The position numbers were made by a program, and so were the translations under genes. This document shows positions 24,560 to 38,600 of a stretch of DNA of 64,000 nucleotides, in pieces. Numbering within the stretch: the first letter of the stretch is position 1; every line of letters starts with the position of its first letter. Origin of the DNA: the human T2T-CHM13v2.0 reference genome, Homo sapiens; NCBI RefSeq assembly GCF_009914755.1, contig NC_060935.1; one strand, given 5' to 3'. Under the pieces are notes generated by a model. That model searched no databases and had not been told where the DNA came from. It saw nothing but the letters and a program-made list of their open reading frames with translations.

Positions 24560-24885
24560 CAAGTTCTCAACCCTGGCTACACATTAAGTCAACTGGGAAT
24601 GAGATAATCACATCAAATTAAGAATGCTCAGGCCCAACCCTGGTTGAGTCAAAATCTCTGGAGGTGGGGTTTGGGGCATCTCTTTTGTAGTATTTCCTTT
24701 CATTGTTTTCTCAACTCTCCAGGTGATTCCAATATGCAGCCAAGATTTAGAACCACTGGATTAAGGATAGTGGTTTCCAAACTTCAGTGTGTATACAAGA
24801 ATCCACCTGGTAAGTTTGTTAAGACTACAGATCACCCCGAGATGTTCCATCCTAAGAGATTCTAGGGAAGAAGGTCTGGGTCAGG
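24560..24885. mobile_element. Two adjacent MER5-family fragments
   Basis: ttctcaaccctggctacacatt...ccaggtgattccaatatgcagccaagatttagaaccactg, then agtggtttccaaacttcagtgtg...gaatccacctgg. Confidence 0.75.
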
Positions 24886-27800
24886 ATAATTACTAAGAAG
24901 TCTTAAGAAATTAGCCCCTCCCTAATCAGCAGAACTTCAGGTCAACTAGAAACATCTCAAATCTCAAATAACAAAGCAAGCCTTCCTGTCTTATCCTCTG
25001 AGAAAAATACTGTAATCCTTTTATATATCATAAATGTTGTACTGGTAAAATACCATGCCTTCTTTCAGATGTAGTAATATGTTATCATTCTCCTCTGTCC
25101 CACAGCCTTTGGAAGTTTAATAACTTATGACTGCAAGGTCTATTTTCCTCATCTGAACATCATAATGTTTCATCTTCCCTGCCTGAGCATGGAAAGACCC
25201 ACCTCCCCAAGGCAAGTTGTTGAGGGCTCCTGAATATACTCAGGTGTAGAAAGAGAAGTCTGTCAAGGACACAGGCTGTGGCGGTCCCCAGGCCCCCACT
25301 GGTGAGTGCTCGCCTCCTTCCTGCCTGCCATGCAGCTCTAAGAAACAGCCAAGTCTTGTTTTAAGATTCTGAGTCTTTTCTCCATACCACAAACTTCTCA
25401 TGTGTTTCTGAAGCAGTGCTCCCCAGCATACACTTGGAGAAACAGATGGAAAAAAAAAAAGCTTCCAACCAGCCCTTGCTCTAAGGGCAGGTGAGGCTGG
25501 GGCTGCAGGGAGGTTGCTGGGAGTCAAAGCCAGGCCAGGTTGCAGGACAGAGGATCTCAGGGACTCTTCATTGAGCCCCACTTTCCTGAGTCACTTGTAG
25601 TTAAGATTCTCGGGTTTGGGGGCTTTTTCAAACAGGATGCTCGCTAATGCTGGTCTACCACTCCACTTCAAGGATGACCAGCTTTGTAAGCAGCTGTCAC
25701 TGAAGGGGGTGTGGCAGATTCTACAGGTGCTGGTGCTGGAGAAAATGTTATAAACCACCGAAAGAAGGATACAGGAGTCCAACAGGCTCCCTGCCTTCAG
25801 CGACCTTCGTTCTCCAGTGTGAGATGGATAGGTGAATGAGTATTGCTGGTGGACCATCATTGCACATGGGGCTGGCTGGCTGGCTGGACAGATGGACAGT
25901 CCTATAGACAGATGGCCATACAGCGGTTGCCAGGGTTTGGTAGGGACAGTGTGTTGGGCACAACCACTGCCTCTTGAGATGAGGCCACCAGGACACAGCA
26001 CTCTTTAACCACGTCACTGTGAATCAGCCAGCTCTGATGATATTATTTTTTGGATCCCGGTAGCCAAGAAAAGCAGTCTGAGTTGCTATAAACATAAAGA
26101 AGCCCGTCTGCTTTCTTGCCTCTGTGAATGTCTCAGACAGTGCAGAACTAACGAAGGCCCCAAACCATGGTACCAGACTGTTCCCAGGGACTTCACAGAG
26201 GGAGCAGATGAAAGGCATGGAGACAGCGCTGAAAGCCTGCCCCTCATTATAAGCACTTCCAAGCTTCACAGCAATAGACAGTCCTCGTCAAGTTTGTTGT
26301 TATGGCTATGTCTTTTACAGGGTCCAGTACAGATCTCCATGGCAGAGACAGGCTGCTGCAGGGCTCAACAGAAGCCCCTGTCCTCTAGAGAGCAATCCCT
26401 GGTCCCCTGACCCCTAATTCACTTCTTCTCTAAACCTCACTGGATCTGCATCTTGGTGATCAACCTCTGACTTGTTTTCAGTTTGATCCATGAGGGCCAT
26501 TTAGGGCTGCTCACATAGGCTGTGAGCTCTCTGAAAGCAAGGATCATCCATGCCCTTGTCAGCTGAGGGTCTCAGGGCTGGCTACATGGACGGTGTTAAG
26601 CAGATTTGCTAAAAGGTGGACTGTGAGTTGGTTGTTGGGGAATGAGTATAGGCTCCCTTAGGTGTTTTCAGCTTCCTCTTGCAGACTTTTCCAAAGGTAT
26701 TTAGGGGCTCAGGTGGCAGTTAGACATGGGGCCTTTTCCAAGGACCCCCTCAGCCTGTCTTCCACTCAGCTCCATTGGAGAAGAGCATATTTAAGGACAT
26801 AGTCATTCCATCAGGCCCCCAGAACAGGGTCCCTAGTCACAAGCTTTCCAAAACATCACTGGTCTCCAAGAGGATTTTGTTCTTTGAATGAATCGAAGTC
26901 CTGTTTGCTTGCCTTTGTAACTGCTTCCCATAGGAACCTTTAGAGAAAGACTGTCCCTCCAATCTGCTTCTGCCTCTCAGGTTACTTTTGCCAATTGACA
27001 GGGACACTTGGATGAGGATGGTTTTGAAGCTGTGACCAAGATGTTTCCCTGCCTTGAGAAGTCTCACAGCCAGCCCCCATCCATGCTTGACCACAGCTGT
27101 TACTTTCATTGTGTCACTAAGGGCAGAGACCCTGTACCACCAGGTTCAAGGCCAGGTCTTCAGTCCTCAGGCCCTAAGGTTAAGACCCAGGCACCAAGGG
27201 ACATCCACATTCTGTCTCTACATAGTCCTGTGCAGGCATGGAGGAAATTGTACGGTCATGCCCTACATTCATATCTTGATCTATGGATGGGAATTTCCAT
27301 CTTAGAAGACAAGAAGAAGCCCCCTATCCTTCTCCATTTATCTCACTTTCCCTCTGTCATCAGTGTGTGAGGAAGGCGCTATCCTCCACGCAGTCGGCTA
27401 GGCAAGTGAGCATGCTGTAGACCCCATTATTCCTATGCTAGAGGCTTGGGGATAGTGATAGGATGACTAATCGCTAGCTAATTTTGATCTTTTGATCTGT
27501 ATATGATTCCTGTCTACTACTAAGCTAGCTGAGATATTGGCAGAGACAGGGGATTGACTGAAAGACCCCTTTCAGGCTCCACTAGCTGGGTCCCTTGGCA
27601 AATTCTCAGACCCCTTCCTTCCAGAGAGCTTCTTCCTGCCCCTGTGAGCCCTGTGCTGGGCAGCATCTCCCCAGACTACAGAACAGGAAGGACTGCCAGG
27701 AAGTCAGGTACCATGGTGTCTCCATGCTGCATTCTTAGCCTCTGACCATCTGTGGCCCCAGGACACTACTGTGCTCAGTGGGATGTTTTCCCCCTCCAGG

Positions 27801-29589
27801 TCCCCCTCCTAAAAACCTTTGCCTGAGAATCAAACGTCCTGCCAAATGGCTTCTTGATTTCTCCCCATTCATACTCAGGGGCCCGGGCACATCAATATCC
27901 CTCTTTCTCCTGTATCTTCCTTCCCTGCCTTTCCTCAGGACCATTTTCTTCCATCATCCTTGTGCTTCAGTCTCCCTCATCTAAGAAAACCTTTTCTGGG
28001 TCACTCTCATCCTAGCCTCTCATTTCCCCCACTTGCTTCCATTCCACTCCTTTTTTAAGAGGTCTACCCTGGCTTCCGCCTGTCCATCCGTCCTTCTGGT
28101 TGGCTTTCTACCTCTCTCATGGTTGCAGCAGTTCCCCAAGGGCAGGACTGTGCATTCACAACATGGCGTCGGGCTCAGCACCTAATAGATGCACAAGAGA
28201 AGTTTGGTAAATAAATGAAAGAACAAATAAACCCACTCGATAAGTCATGCCCCACTTTAGGACTCAATTTGTTACCTATAAAGCAGTGAGTCATGTAGGA
28301 CTGGTCCAGCCCTGACATAGTATTGTTCTGGGACTTCCATCTCCATGGCATCATGATAGGTAGGTGGGGACTGGCTGCTAATCATGGTGCTGGTGGCAAT
28401 GCAAATTGCAGGCAAGATTCTTCTTGCTGTGATTCCCCAGGTCTCTTTCAATGCTTCCCCCTTTCCTTGTGCTTTTTGGCATGCACCAGCTCCACCATGA
28501 AATTTTTAGCCTAATAGAGGTGATGTATATAAAGTCCATAGCACAGGACTTGGCACACAAAGTAAAAATAAGAACCCTTGTAGAAGCAAACTAAGCAAGG
28601 AAACTGAGGCTCAGATAAATTTTGTTACCTGCCTGGGGGTACTCAGCAAGAAAATAAGGTAGGCAGGATAGAAATTCTGTAGTACTTTTCTGATATCATC
28701 TCCTGACCAGTGGGGCCATAAGTCAGTCCCCTTGGCTCCTGCCCTGCCCAGGACCTGACTGGATGTCTGTTTGACAAATCAAACAGCTTTGCAGCCTGGC
28801 CCTCCCCATCAGCAGCACAGTTGTCTGGGGGCCATGAAGGGCCTGGCGAAGAGCTGGTCAGAGAGTGATGGGGACATGGCTGAGTCAAGGAGGACAGCAA
28901 GATGAGGCTCAGCAGAAAGCCACTTGCAGGAAACAATTTGGGTTTTATTTAGGGATTGCTTGCAAGATAAGTAGGTTTCTCTGGAGTGTGCAGAGTGTGC
29001 AGCCAGGAAAGATCAAATGATCTATCTCACACTAGGCACAGCTGATAGCAACCAATTCCCATGACAGGACAGGGGCTCCACTACCTGGATGGGGGCCATG
29101 TCTCCCACTGTTCTGCACTGCCTGGCTGGAGCAGAAAGAGGGATTTGCAGGGCCTGGTGCCAATGCCTGGCTATCAGGTTCCCTTGCTCAGGACAGGTCT
29201 GGGGCTGGAAGGGTAAGAGGGGTCACACGGGGACAGGGGTACCGCAGGGACAGTCATTTCCTCACTCTCTCACTGACTTCATGTATTTCTCAGAGCTTCC
29301 CTTTTCTGCCCCCAGTAAATCAAAGTCAATTCAAGATGGGTATATTCAGAGAGAGAGGGAGGCACAGAATACACTAAAATGTTGGTAGTTCTTTCTGGGC
29401 TGTGCAACTGATGATGATTATTCATTCTGTAATAAGAAATCGGTAACAAATGACAAGTTAAGTGCTTATTGAGCCCCTTCTGAATGTGCAGAGTGAAACA
29501 AAGATACAGACTCTTATACATTGAGTCTAGTTAGAGTAATAAAACTAATGATTACAATGTCTACCTACCTTGAAATCAGCTATGCTATG

Positions 29590-29730
29590 TTTATAAAAAC
29601 ACAAACTAAATGCCAGACAGTATGTTCAGTATTTCTATCTTCATTATATTATTTCATTTTCAGAATAAACCATGGGATAGGTATTACCATCCTCATTTTG
29701 TATACAAGGAAATAGAAACTCAAAGAAATG
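29590..29730 (-). mobile_element. MIR fragment
   Basis: gataggtattaccatcctcattttgtatacaaggaaatagaaactc. Confidence 0.7.
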
Positions 29731-29750
29731 TCTTAGAAAGACTATATATG

Positions 29751-29919
29751 GGCCGGGTGCAGTGGCTCCCACCTGTAGTCCCAGCTACTCAGGAGGCTGA
29801 GGTGAGAAGATCACCTGAGCTGAGAATGTTGAGGTTGCAGTGAGCCATGATCAAGCCATGGCACTCCAGCCTGGATGAAAGAGTGAGACCCTGTCTCAAA
29901 AAAATAAATAAATAAAAAA
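29751..29919 (+). mobile_element. FRAM / free right Alu monomer
   Basis: Single monomer ggccgggtgcagtggctc..cctgtagtcccagctact...gagaccctgtctc plus an A tail. Confidence 0.88.
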
Positions 29920-30609
29920 GATTCTACAGCAAGCAGGAGGCAGGGGTGCCATCCACAGCACCCACCTCACTCTGCCCTATCCCACTTACTGCTCTTACTA
30001 CAGCCCCAAACCCACCTCCCTCTAAACAAGGCACTCTCAACCCATCCCTGGTACATACAGGCCCAGAAATACCCCGGAACTAAACAGCACATTATTAAGT
30101 AAAATTAAATAGAATTCAATAGGGCTACTGTCACTTATTTGACTTCTTCAGTGCAAAATACTTCAAGGCAAGAGCTTTGGATGAGTGAAAATGTATTTAT
30201 TGAGCAATCAAATGAAAGCACTCCAGGCCCAGAATATGCTCTTCTATACAACTTATTTTATAAATACAAACCCAGTCTCATTCAAACATTCGAAATGAAA
30301 GATTTGCCTTTCAATGGAGAATCTGCATTTCAACATAAAGGTGTCTTAGTTATTCAATAGAGATGCAAGATCCGATTAATGCTGTATATTTAGCATTTAG
30401 AAAGCCTGAGGATTCCAGAAGGCTCGTTTTGGGCCTAAAGATGGCAGAGTGTGCAGACGGTGCAGAGTGAAATATGTGAGCTTCACTTTCAGCATCCTGA
30501 GTGCCTTCTCAGAAGGTAGGCTTGAGGGCAGCAGCAGGGCTGTCTTTTTTGCAAAGCCAAAGTGTGTATGCACACAGGGGGAGAGAGAAGCAAGTTCACT
30601 TCTAAGCCA

Positions 30610-31560
30610 GCAAGTTTGTTAAGCTAACTGAACACCTATTGCCTGTCAGGCACCTGGGAGACATTGAGACTTTAATAAAATAGACCAAGGCCAGGTGCAG
30701 TGGCTCATGTCTGTAATCCCAGCACTTTGTGAGGCCGAAGTGGGAAGATTACTTGAGGTCAGGAGTTCAAGATCAGCCTGGCCAACATGGTGATACTCCG
30801 TCTCTACTAAAAATACAAAAATTAGCTGGGTATATTGGTGCATGCCTGTAATCCCAGCTACTTGGGAGGCTGGGGCAGGAGAATGGCTTGAACCTGGGAG
30901 GTAGAGGTTGTAGTGAGCCCAGATCCGACACTGCACTCCAGCCTGGGCGACAGAGTAAGACTCCATCTCAAAACAAAACAAAAAACAACAAAACCGATGT
31001 TAATAAAACAAACCAAGACATTAAGTAAAATAAACCAAGAACCCAGGTCATCACAGATTGTGAAATAGTAAGAGAAACTTGGAGGAGAGCTGCTGCTTTA
31101 GATAGAGTGGTCAACACAGGTCATAGGAAGGACCCATTTGAAGTGGTATCCAAAGATGAAAATGAGCCAGCCACAGAACTAAGGAGACAGCAAGTATAAA
31201 AGACTTGCGGCCAGAAAGAACTCAGGGGGCTCAAATAACCAAAATGGCACGAGTGTGATTGGCTGAGAGTGGTAAAGATAGGTAAGGTATAAGGCTGGGG
31301 AAAGATCGTACAGGACCTGTGAGCCTTTGTGAGGAGTGTGGCTCTTGTTCTAATAGCAATGGGAAAACTTGGAAGGGTTTTCAGCAAAGGAGGAACAGAA
31401 TCCGATTAACATAATTGAAAGTTCAAAAGAATGAATGGAAGGAGGCCAGTGCGTAACTATTGAGTAGTCCAGGAAAGAAGTGGCTTGGATGATGCTAGTA
31501 GTATTGGATATGGAGGGAAGTATTTAAAGTATATTTTGGAAGTAGAAACACTGGGCTTTA
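30610..31560 (-). mobile_element. L2, interrupted by Alu
   Basis: tgctttagatagagtggtca, and gcaatgggaaaacttggaagggttttcagcaaagg. Confidence 0.75.
30689..30993 (+). mobile_element. AluS (Sx/Sz)
   Basis: Full dimer with TSD-like taataaaa(t/c)a(g/a)accaa flanks. Confidence 0.95.
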
Positions 31561-34500
31561 AAGTTAAGTAAAGGTGGATTCATTCATTCAACAATCATTG
31601 GAGATCAAGAAATCTGAAGGCCAAGGATTTATTCCTCACTGTATCAACAATGCTTTAGGACTGCAGAGGCTCCTAACCATGGGAAGAGTTGCTGCAGTGC
31701 AAACAGGGACGCCTCAAATTCACCATAGATGAGATAACATATATGTATACATTTAATCTATTCTAGAAAACATACTAGAGGACATGAGAGACAGTGTTGA
31801 CTCCACAGCTGTCTAAAATGCCCTGACCTGCCTTTCCCCAGAGTGGGAATGTCAATATAAAAATGGGCACGTAGATGAGCAAAATGTCCCTGAGTCTGAC
31901 AGCCTCCTGACACACCCAGGCCTCCTGCCTAGCACAGGGTAGGCATCTTTTAGGGGAAAATATCGTGCTCATTCCACAAATGAACAGAGAGGGACTACTG
32001 AATACCATGTAAATTTCAGTATGTAGATTTCAACTTTCTCCCATTTCAATTTTATCACAATAAAGTGAATAACCAAACAAGATCTCTTCTTTCTTTTTTC
32101 TTATAACTCTACTTTGTGCCATTTCTCTCCATGCTTTCTACCTGCACAACACATCTTGTTATCACATTACAGTGACTGCATCTCAAATAGCTGATAATTA
32201 TCATATTTCTAGAGGCTGTTAACATCTACTTTCCACAGTGATATCCTTCCAAATCTCCATGTGAGTCATTTATTTCACTTTTTTATGAACATCACAGGTA
32301 GGTGCTCAGTGGAAAATAATCATTAATCTCATTAAAACAGCAGGGTGAGAAGCTTAAGAGCATGGCTCCTGACATCCTAGAAGTCTAGAATTGTGGCTCT
32401 TGAGACCCCAAATTGAGTTTTGTTCCTTTTAATAATCATGAATGTCAACATCTAAAAGCATACTTTAAAACAAAATCTTCAAAACTTGGCCAGAGGCTGT
32501 TGCATCTTGTTACTTATGCTCACTTAACAATGCTAAGTGCTTACGGTACCCAACAATACTGCTAGCCAGCCCTGGGAGGGGACTGCATGCACAGTTGTTG
32601 CACCTGCCCAACTTGTATTCGTTTTGTTTTCAGAAGAAAACTGCGGAGATGCCCCTAGAATCCCCCACCCCAACAGAGATCCTACAGGGAGCTGTTCATG
32701 AAACAAGTCCCCAAGGCCTTCTGGATTGTCACAGTTGGAGTCCACATCCATCTGCCACACAGCATCTTGGTTCCATAGAATTCCAACTGTGTAGACCCTG
32801 ACTCCAGTCTACACAGGATGAAACAACAGGCACTGAATCCAGGAACAGAGCTGGGGGAGCCACGGTTTTCTGGACACATCCCATTCTCTAAGCTCAAAAC
32901 TTCCCTGCCTGTAAGGTGAGATGGCTCATGACGATAGAAATATGGACATGGCGAACGTGAAATTGCCCTTCTCTGTTCAGCCTTCCCTTCTGGTCCCCTG
33001 AAGGCTGTGATCTCTCAACTTATTAGTTCAAGAATGATATTTTTCCTTCATATCTTCCAGCCAGGTCCCCCTGGAAATCAGAAATCAATTAGTTCAGTCT
33101 TTCCCTGTACCAGCTGATAAGGTTCTTATGAGTAGCAGTGAAATTGGGAGACATCCAAACATTAATAACAGCATAGAGAAGTGACCCCTCATCATCATGT
33201 CTCCCGGGATTCCAGACTCTTACCTTGCAATAGCTGACTTATCAGGGCCTGGAACTGTTCTCCTGTGGTTATTCAGGGATACCCAGAGCTGGGGAATATG
33301 ATTTCTCAGGTGAACAGAGTTAGTTGGACACATTCAGAAGGGAGAAATTTCTCCTATAGCCTATAAAATTAAAGGCAATAAATAAGCAAATGAAATGTGT
33401 TTCCTAGGACTCTGGAGGTGCTTTCTTTATTGGCTCATAAAGCATTGCCCAGCACTCTTGTTCTGCTATGGACAGCTCCGGTGACAAGGATGAGCTATCA
33501 GCTCACTAATTGGAATGTCCTGTTCTCAGGAAACTCTTTTTCTGAAGGAATCAAATTTCCAGCCCCCACTGTCTCTTTTCAGGAGCGATTGCTCACAGGC
33601 ATTTAGATATTTGAGATGGCTATTTCATAGCAACTTGGGCATGATGTGACAGGTGCAAGGAGAAGACAGATTCTGGGAGATGCCCACATAACAAGAAAGT
33701 TAAGCTGGGAATTTTCACTAAGGCACCAAGATGCAATGGATACCAGATGCCCAAGCAAGTTCTCAGACAAGTCAGTGCATGACACTTCAAAGAAGGTGAC
33801 TGAAAATTAATTAGTGATTCACTTAGATTGAGGGACAAAGGACTGCATTGTTGAAGATTAAGAGGGTCTATGAAGAGGATTTCTGAGTTGGGGTCCACCC
33901 ATACCCGAGGGAAAGGCTGGATGACCGACCTCCCACCCCACACTTAGTGGGATAGGCTTCAGTGGAACCACCTACAGAATAGATTTGGGTTCCCTGAAGT
34001 TGGAGAACACAGGCATCTGTGCCTGACTCATAGTGGAGAAAGCTAGAGAGGCCACTAACACCTCCTCCAATGGCAGGATGAAGGTGGCCAAACCCAGAAC
34101 CCATGGAGGGAATGCCAGCCTGCAATTGTTTTAGTAGGCATCCTGCCCAGGAAGGCATCTTTCCAGGGCATGGGATCCCTCAATAAGCCACTATGAGGGA
34201 CCAAAGGGGCAGGAACCATGTGAGGGTTGGGAGTAGCCAGTTGAAGCTGAGGCCCTGGCTCTATCAAAGAAGCTGCAGTCACCTGGCCCAGCAGGGGCAT
34301 CTCCAGAGAACTCACACAATCACAATAGAAGAGTCATCTTAAATATCTGCCTGGGCCTGCAGGCACAAGGCCACTTCAAGACAGTATCAGTCAAGTGGGA
34401 AGCCTCCTGCCCTCCACACCTTTCCTCTCCCTCCTCCTTTCTAGAATGGTGAGAGATCACAGCTGGCAAATAGGGAGGAAGAGCTGGGAGAGACAAGCAG

Positions 34501-35009
34501 GAACCCATTCCCCTCCTTGGACTACAGATCCTCTAGCAGAATTAACAGCGAGTTTAAGTTTTGCTGATTAAATAGCACTGGACCCTCTTAAGACTGTGTT
34601 TTGGTATAAATTTATATACGACTTATGACAAAGAAAGTCATGGTCTTGTCTGAATTTTCACCCTATAGCAGAAGACTTACTCTTACTGAGCACATTTAAA
34701 AGGATAGTGATAACAAAGATACAGATGCTTCTGTAATTACACCCCAGGAGTCTTGTTTATTCAAAGTACCAGATGTACCAAGTCAGAGCATCAAGGAGAG
34801 GCTTTATTTGATCACCCATGGCTAATTTTGCCAGAAAGTCCTACAATTAGGAACTGATCCCTTTGGGACATCAGGCTTTATCTAAGATCAAAAGCTTCAA
34901 ATCCACTGGGTCATAATATTTTCCTGACTGTGGAGGGAGGGGCTTTATGCTCTCAGCAAAACAAATCTATATTTGGGGTTGTTTGTCTAGATTTGCAAAG
35001 ATAATTTGA

Positions 35010-36535
35010 GGATATAAGGAAGATTCTAAGAACATACAAAGAGAAAAGAAAACAAAACAGGTCACATAGAAAGGAGCAAAACCTGGATAGTATCAGACCA
35101 CAGAAGCAACACTGGGAGCTGGAAGGCAATGAATCAGCACCTTCAAAATTCCAGGGAAACTTGTTTTCAACCTAGAGTTCTAAAGCTAGCTAACATGCCA
35201 ATCAAATGTGAGCATAGAATAAAGACATTTTCAGACATGCAAAGGCAAAATATTTATTTCCCATGGCCTCTTTCTTGGGAAGCTACTGGAAGACATGTTC
35301 CTATAAAAAGGGAGTAAACCAAGAAAAAGGAAGATAAGGAATTAACGCAGGGGTTCAGCCCAGGAGCAGGATAAGGGACTCCCTGAGATGAAGCCGTCCT
35401 CATGCCCCAAACGGCAGCACCGAGGCCGGCCTGAGCAAACAGCCCAGATGCAGCAGAAGGATGGAGCACTCCTGGAAACCAAATGAAATGAATGGATCAC
35501 ATTCATAAAACAGATTTGATAGAGCACATACAAAAAAATCAATGCTAAATGCTTATTTAATTTTCTTTATAAAAGGGCAAATATTAATATGACTGTGTCT
35601 GGGGTTGGCCTGTTTGACCTCATTTCCATTCCTTGCTCTTCTCTGGCCCGTTCTGTTTCATGGGAGTTGAAGCGAGCAGAGCAGGCTGACTCCTGCAAGC
35701 CGCGTTTCTCAATTGGCTTCTATGTGAATTTGGCCAACAGGAGGCACTGAAGAGAGATGGGGGCGGGGGAGGGGAGAAGCCTAGGTGTTTCTGCCCCTGG
35801 CTGTCTGTCTCTTGCGGCATCTCGGCATCTCCCGCGGAGGTGGCACCTCCTCAGGGCTGACTCCTCTCAGAAAGGACTGCCCTGGTTCCACCTTCTGCCA
35901 ATGGCCCTGCGTCTTGGGCTCTGGAAAAACTGTCCATGCCCTTGGCTCTCTAGCCCTAGGCCTGGTGGTGGCAGCTTCCTGCTGTGCCTAATTTCTGGTT
36001 GCCTTGACTGCCTCTGTTTGGCTTCCCAATTCTTCCATTACTTGTATAACCCATTCCTTAAATTCTGCCTAAAATGCTTACTGATTAATGTTTTCCTAAT
36101 TGGACACCGATTCAACTAGGAAAAATAAAGTTTACATCATGGAAGTCTCCTTAACAGGGAACAATATTTTCACAGTACATAATGTTAATACTGTCTACCA
36201 TTTTAACCCAAAGTTTGAGGATTGAGGAAGAGGAGGTATGTGTTTTAAGGAGATAGAAAATATAAGGCAGCCAAATCCTTATCGACTATAATAAGAAATC
36301 AATACATAATGTCTAATACTATTGAATCAGAAAACAGTGGTGCCAGCAAATTATTTAGAAATATGGTAGCAAATATGAGTTGAAATAGCTAAGGGGTTCA
36401 ATAGTGCTTCCCAGGTCTGGGAAGATGACTGTGGTGAAGCAGGGAACTATTTTATTTTATGATAGATACTATTTGAGGTTTTTTTAACTATGTAAAGGAT
36501 TACTTTGATACAATTCAAAAAATAATCTAAAAATA
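35010..36535 (+). mobile_element. HAL1 (half-L1), interrupted by LTR33
   Basis: ORF1-like aataaagacattttcagacatgcaa...ggaagctactggaagacatg...gggagtaaaccaagaaa. The 3' part (36120-36535) ends in an A-rich tail. Confidence 0.75.
35594..36117 (+). mobile_element. LTR33-family ERVL solo LTR
   Basis: ttggccaacaggaggcactg...ggagaagcctaggtgtttct...ctagccctaggcctggtggtggcagcttcctgctg. Confidence 0.8.
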
Positions 36536-36544
36536 ATGATTTAT

Positions 36545-36790
36545 TTCCGTGGTTTACTGAGGGATGACATTAAACTCACTAACCTACAGTTTGCAAAGCT
36601 GACCTGTGCCCCATGTGGAAGTCACGTCATTGATTCATCTGTAGCCTCTGGCCCCAGTCCTTCTCTATCCCACACTCTGAAGCTTGTGGACCAATGTTTT
36701 CTTCTGCAAATTCATCTTCTGGAAGCCTCATCTAGTAAAATCCAGGCCAGAAACATGAGCTCATTTAAAATAGCTATGCTCTCATCAATG
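36545..36790 (-). mobile_element. L3/CR1 ORF2 fragment
   Basis: taaactcactaacctacagtttgca...ccaggccagaaacatgagctcatttaaaatagct resembles antisense L3. Confidence 0.6.
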
Positions 36791-37107
36791 TCCCTAAACT
36801 CAAATTGCACTGTGGAGAGGTAAGTTACCTAGATGCTCTACCTCCCGGGTCCAGGAGTGATAGAGAAGATGAGGAGAGAGGAGCAAGGCTGCTACCCCAA
36901 GCCCCACCAGGAGGCTAGAGAAGAGAGATGGGAGAGTTTGTAGATCTTGGAGCGGGGAGGGGGTACAGGAGGCAGAAAATACTGCTGTTTGTCACCTTCC
37001 CTACCTTGAGCTTCAACTTCCTTTTATTCAATAACCTCCTATCTGAAACATCATCTCCCAGAACAAGCCATGGGTGGTAGCCACAAAATAAACTAAAAGA
37101 AGGGGTC

Positions 37108-37170
37108 AATCTTTCTTTATTTCTTTCTTTCTTCCTTCCTTCCTCTCTCTCTCTCTTTCTCTCTCTCTCG
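37108..37170. repeat. CT-rich simple repeat
   Basis: (CTTT)n(CTTC)n(CT)n. Confidence 0.85.
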
Positions 37171-37334
37171 CCCCCCTCGCCCCAACCTCAGTCATATCCC
37201 AATAACTGACCCTCAGTCTCTGTTATTTGTTCTTTTGGGGCATCTCATTCTGAGTTCTACTCTGTCCCTTGGATAATGGTGAAATCTATTCATTCTCAGT
37301 TATCTGTCCATCTTCCTCTGGCCTAATGGTCTGA

Positions 37335-37500
37335 ATTGGTTCCAGGTAGTGGTTTCTCTTATCTCTCACACTGCCTTCTGAGCTGCAGTGGTCCATGAAG
37401 CACGTTGTGAACGTATCAGACACTCTGCTTCTAGTGTCTGGTAGAAAGAGGCTCTGAGCAGTCTCTGGTCACCACCTGGTCCCAGTACTGGTTTTGAGAT
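37335..37500 (-). mobile_element. L3/CR1 endonuclease-region fragment
   Basis: ttccaggtagtggtttctc...ccttctgag...gaacgtatcagacactctgcttctag. Confidence 0.55.
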
Positions 37501-38202
37501 CTGATTCTGTAATGCAGTGGCACCTTCCTACTGGGGATCACTGAGAGCAGAGAAGTGACATTGAGAGGCTGGCTTCAGCCTCCAGAGTCTTCCCTGACTC
37601 TCCAGATGAGTCCCTTCATCCCTGTATCAGCACTTCTCACAGCGTGCTCTACAGAACCCTAGTTCCGTGCAGAGTTATTAAGTGCTATGTGATAGAAGGT
37701 TCTGTGGTGAAATGGCTAAGGGAATTACTGCTTAATCCTGGTTAGGGGAAAATGATTCCTGACTCAGGACTTCTCAGGCCTTTCTTGGGAACCTCCAAGA
37801 GTGAAATGTACCTACAGCCCTGGGCAACCTCATGTGACTGGGGAGCCCTTCTTTGTGGACACATCCCAGGACTGATGTGCCATAGGAAATGCTGTCTTCC
37901 ATCATCTTCTCCAAGTTCCTCAGCACCGACTTTCCAATCTAATGGAATTTGCTCAAACTGCTTCCAGAGGGAAACTCCAATGGAATCCTGGCAGGAGGTT
38001 TCTATGGGTCTGGGTGGCTGTGCATAGCTGGTGAGTAAGCTCAGGACTGAGAGAGCAGCTGAGCCACCCAAACAGCCCCCTGCACTCCACTAGGCAATTC
38101 ATCTGCAAATTCCCATGAGAAGGCAGTCTGTGCTACCCCTTGCCCTGGCTACAGCTACACCTCTACATGCCCTGTGCTCCCTAAAGCGTGAATCCCTCCT
38201 CG

Positions 38203-38600
38203 CTGGTCTTAGCTTAGGATCCCCCCAGAAGCTGACTCTTGGGCAAGCATTTGAGCTCAAGAAGGAGATGAAGAAAACCTGGTAAGGGGGAAACATGAGA
38301 CAAGAAGGGAAGGCAGCGAGTAAAGGTGCTTTATGCAGCCAGCATGCTGGGAGATTAGGACCAAATCCTGATGGTGACACTCAGTGTAGAGCACATGCCT
38401 CAGAGCTGACTTTCCCAAGGGACAAGGGAACTAGGGTATTTATACACTATCTCCCGGCAGTCATCAGCTCATGCTGTGTGGAGGGCAGGACTGTGAGTTT
38501 CCCAGCACTCTGGCCTGCCCTAGTGTAGTAGACACCAATGGAAAGAGAAAGCACCCAGGCAAAGAAACTCAGGTGCTGGTGGTTGGAATTTGGATCAGTG
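38203..38600 (-). mobile_element. ERVL LTR (LTR67B-like)
   Basis: cccccagaagctgactct...gaagggaaggcagc...catgcctcagagc...gggtatttatacac. Confidence 0.65.

Noticed and set aside
33000-34950. Possible very old CR1/L3-like remnants
   Set aside because: The similarity is too faint to support by eye and needs an nhmmer/Dfam search.
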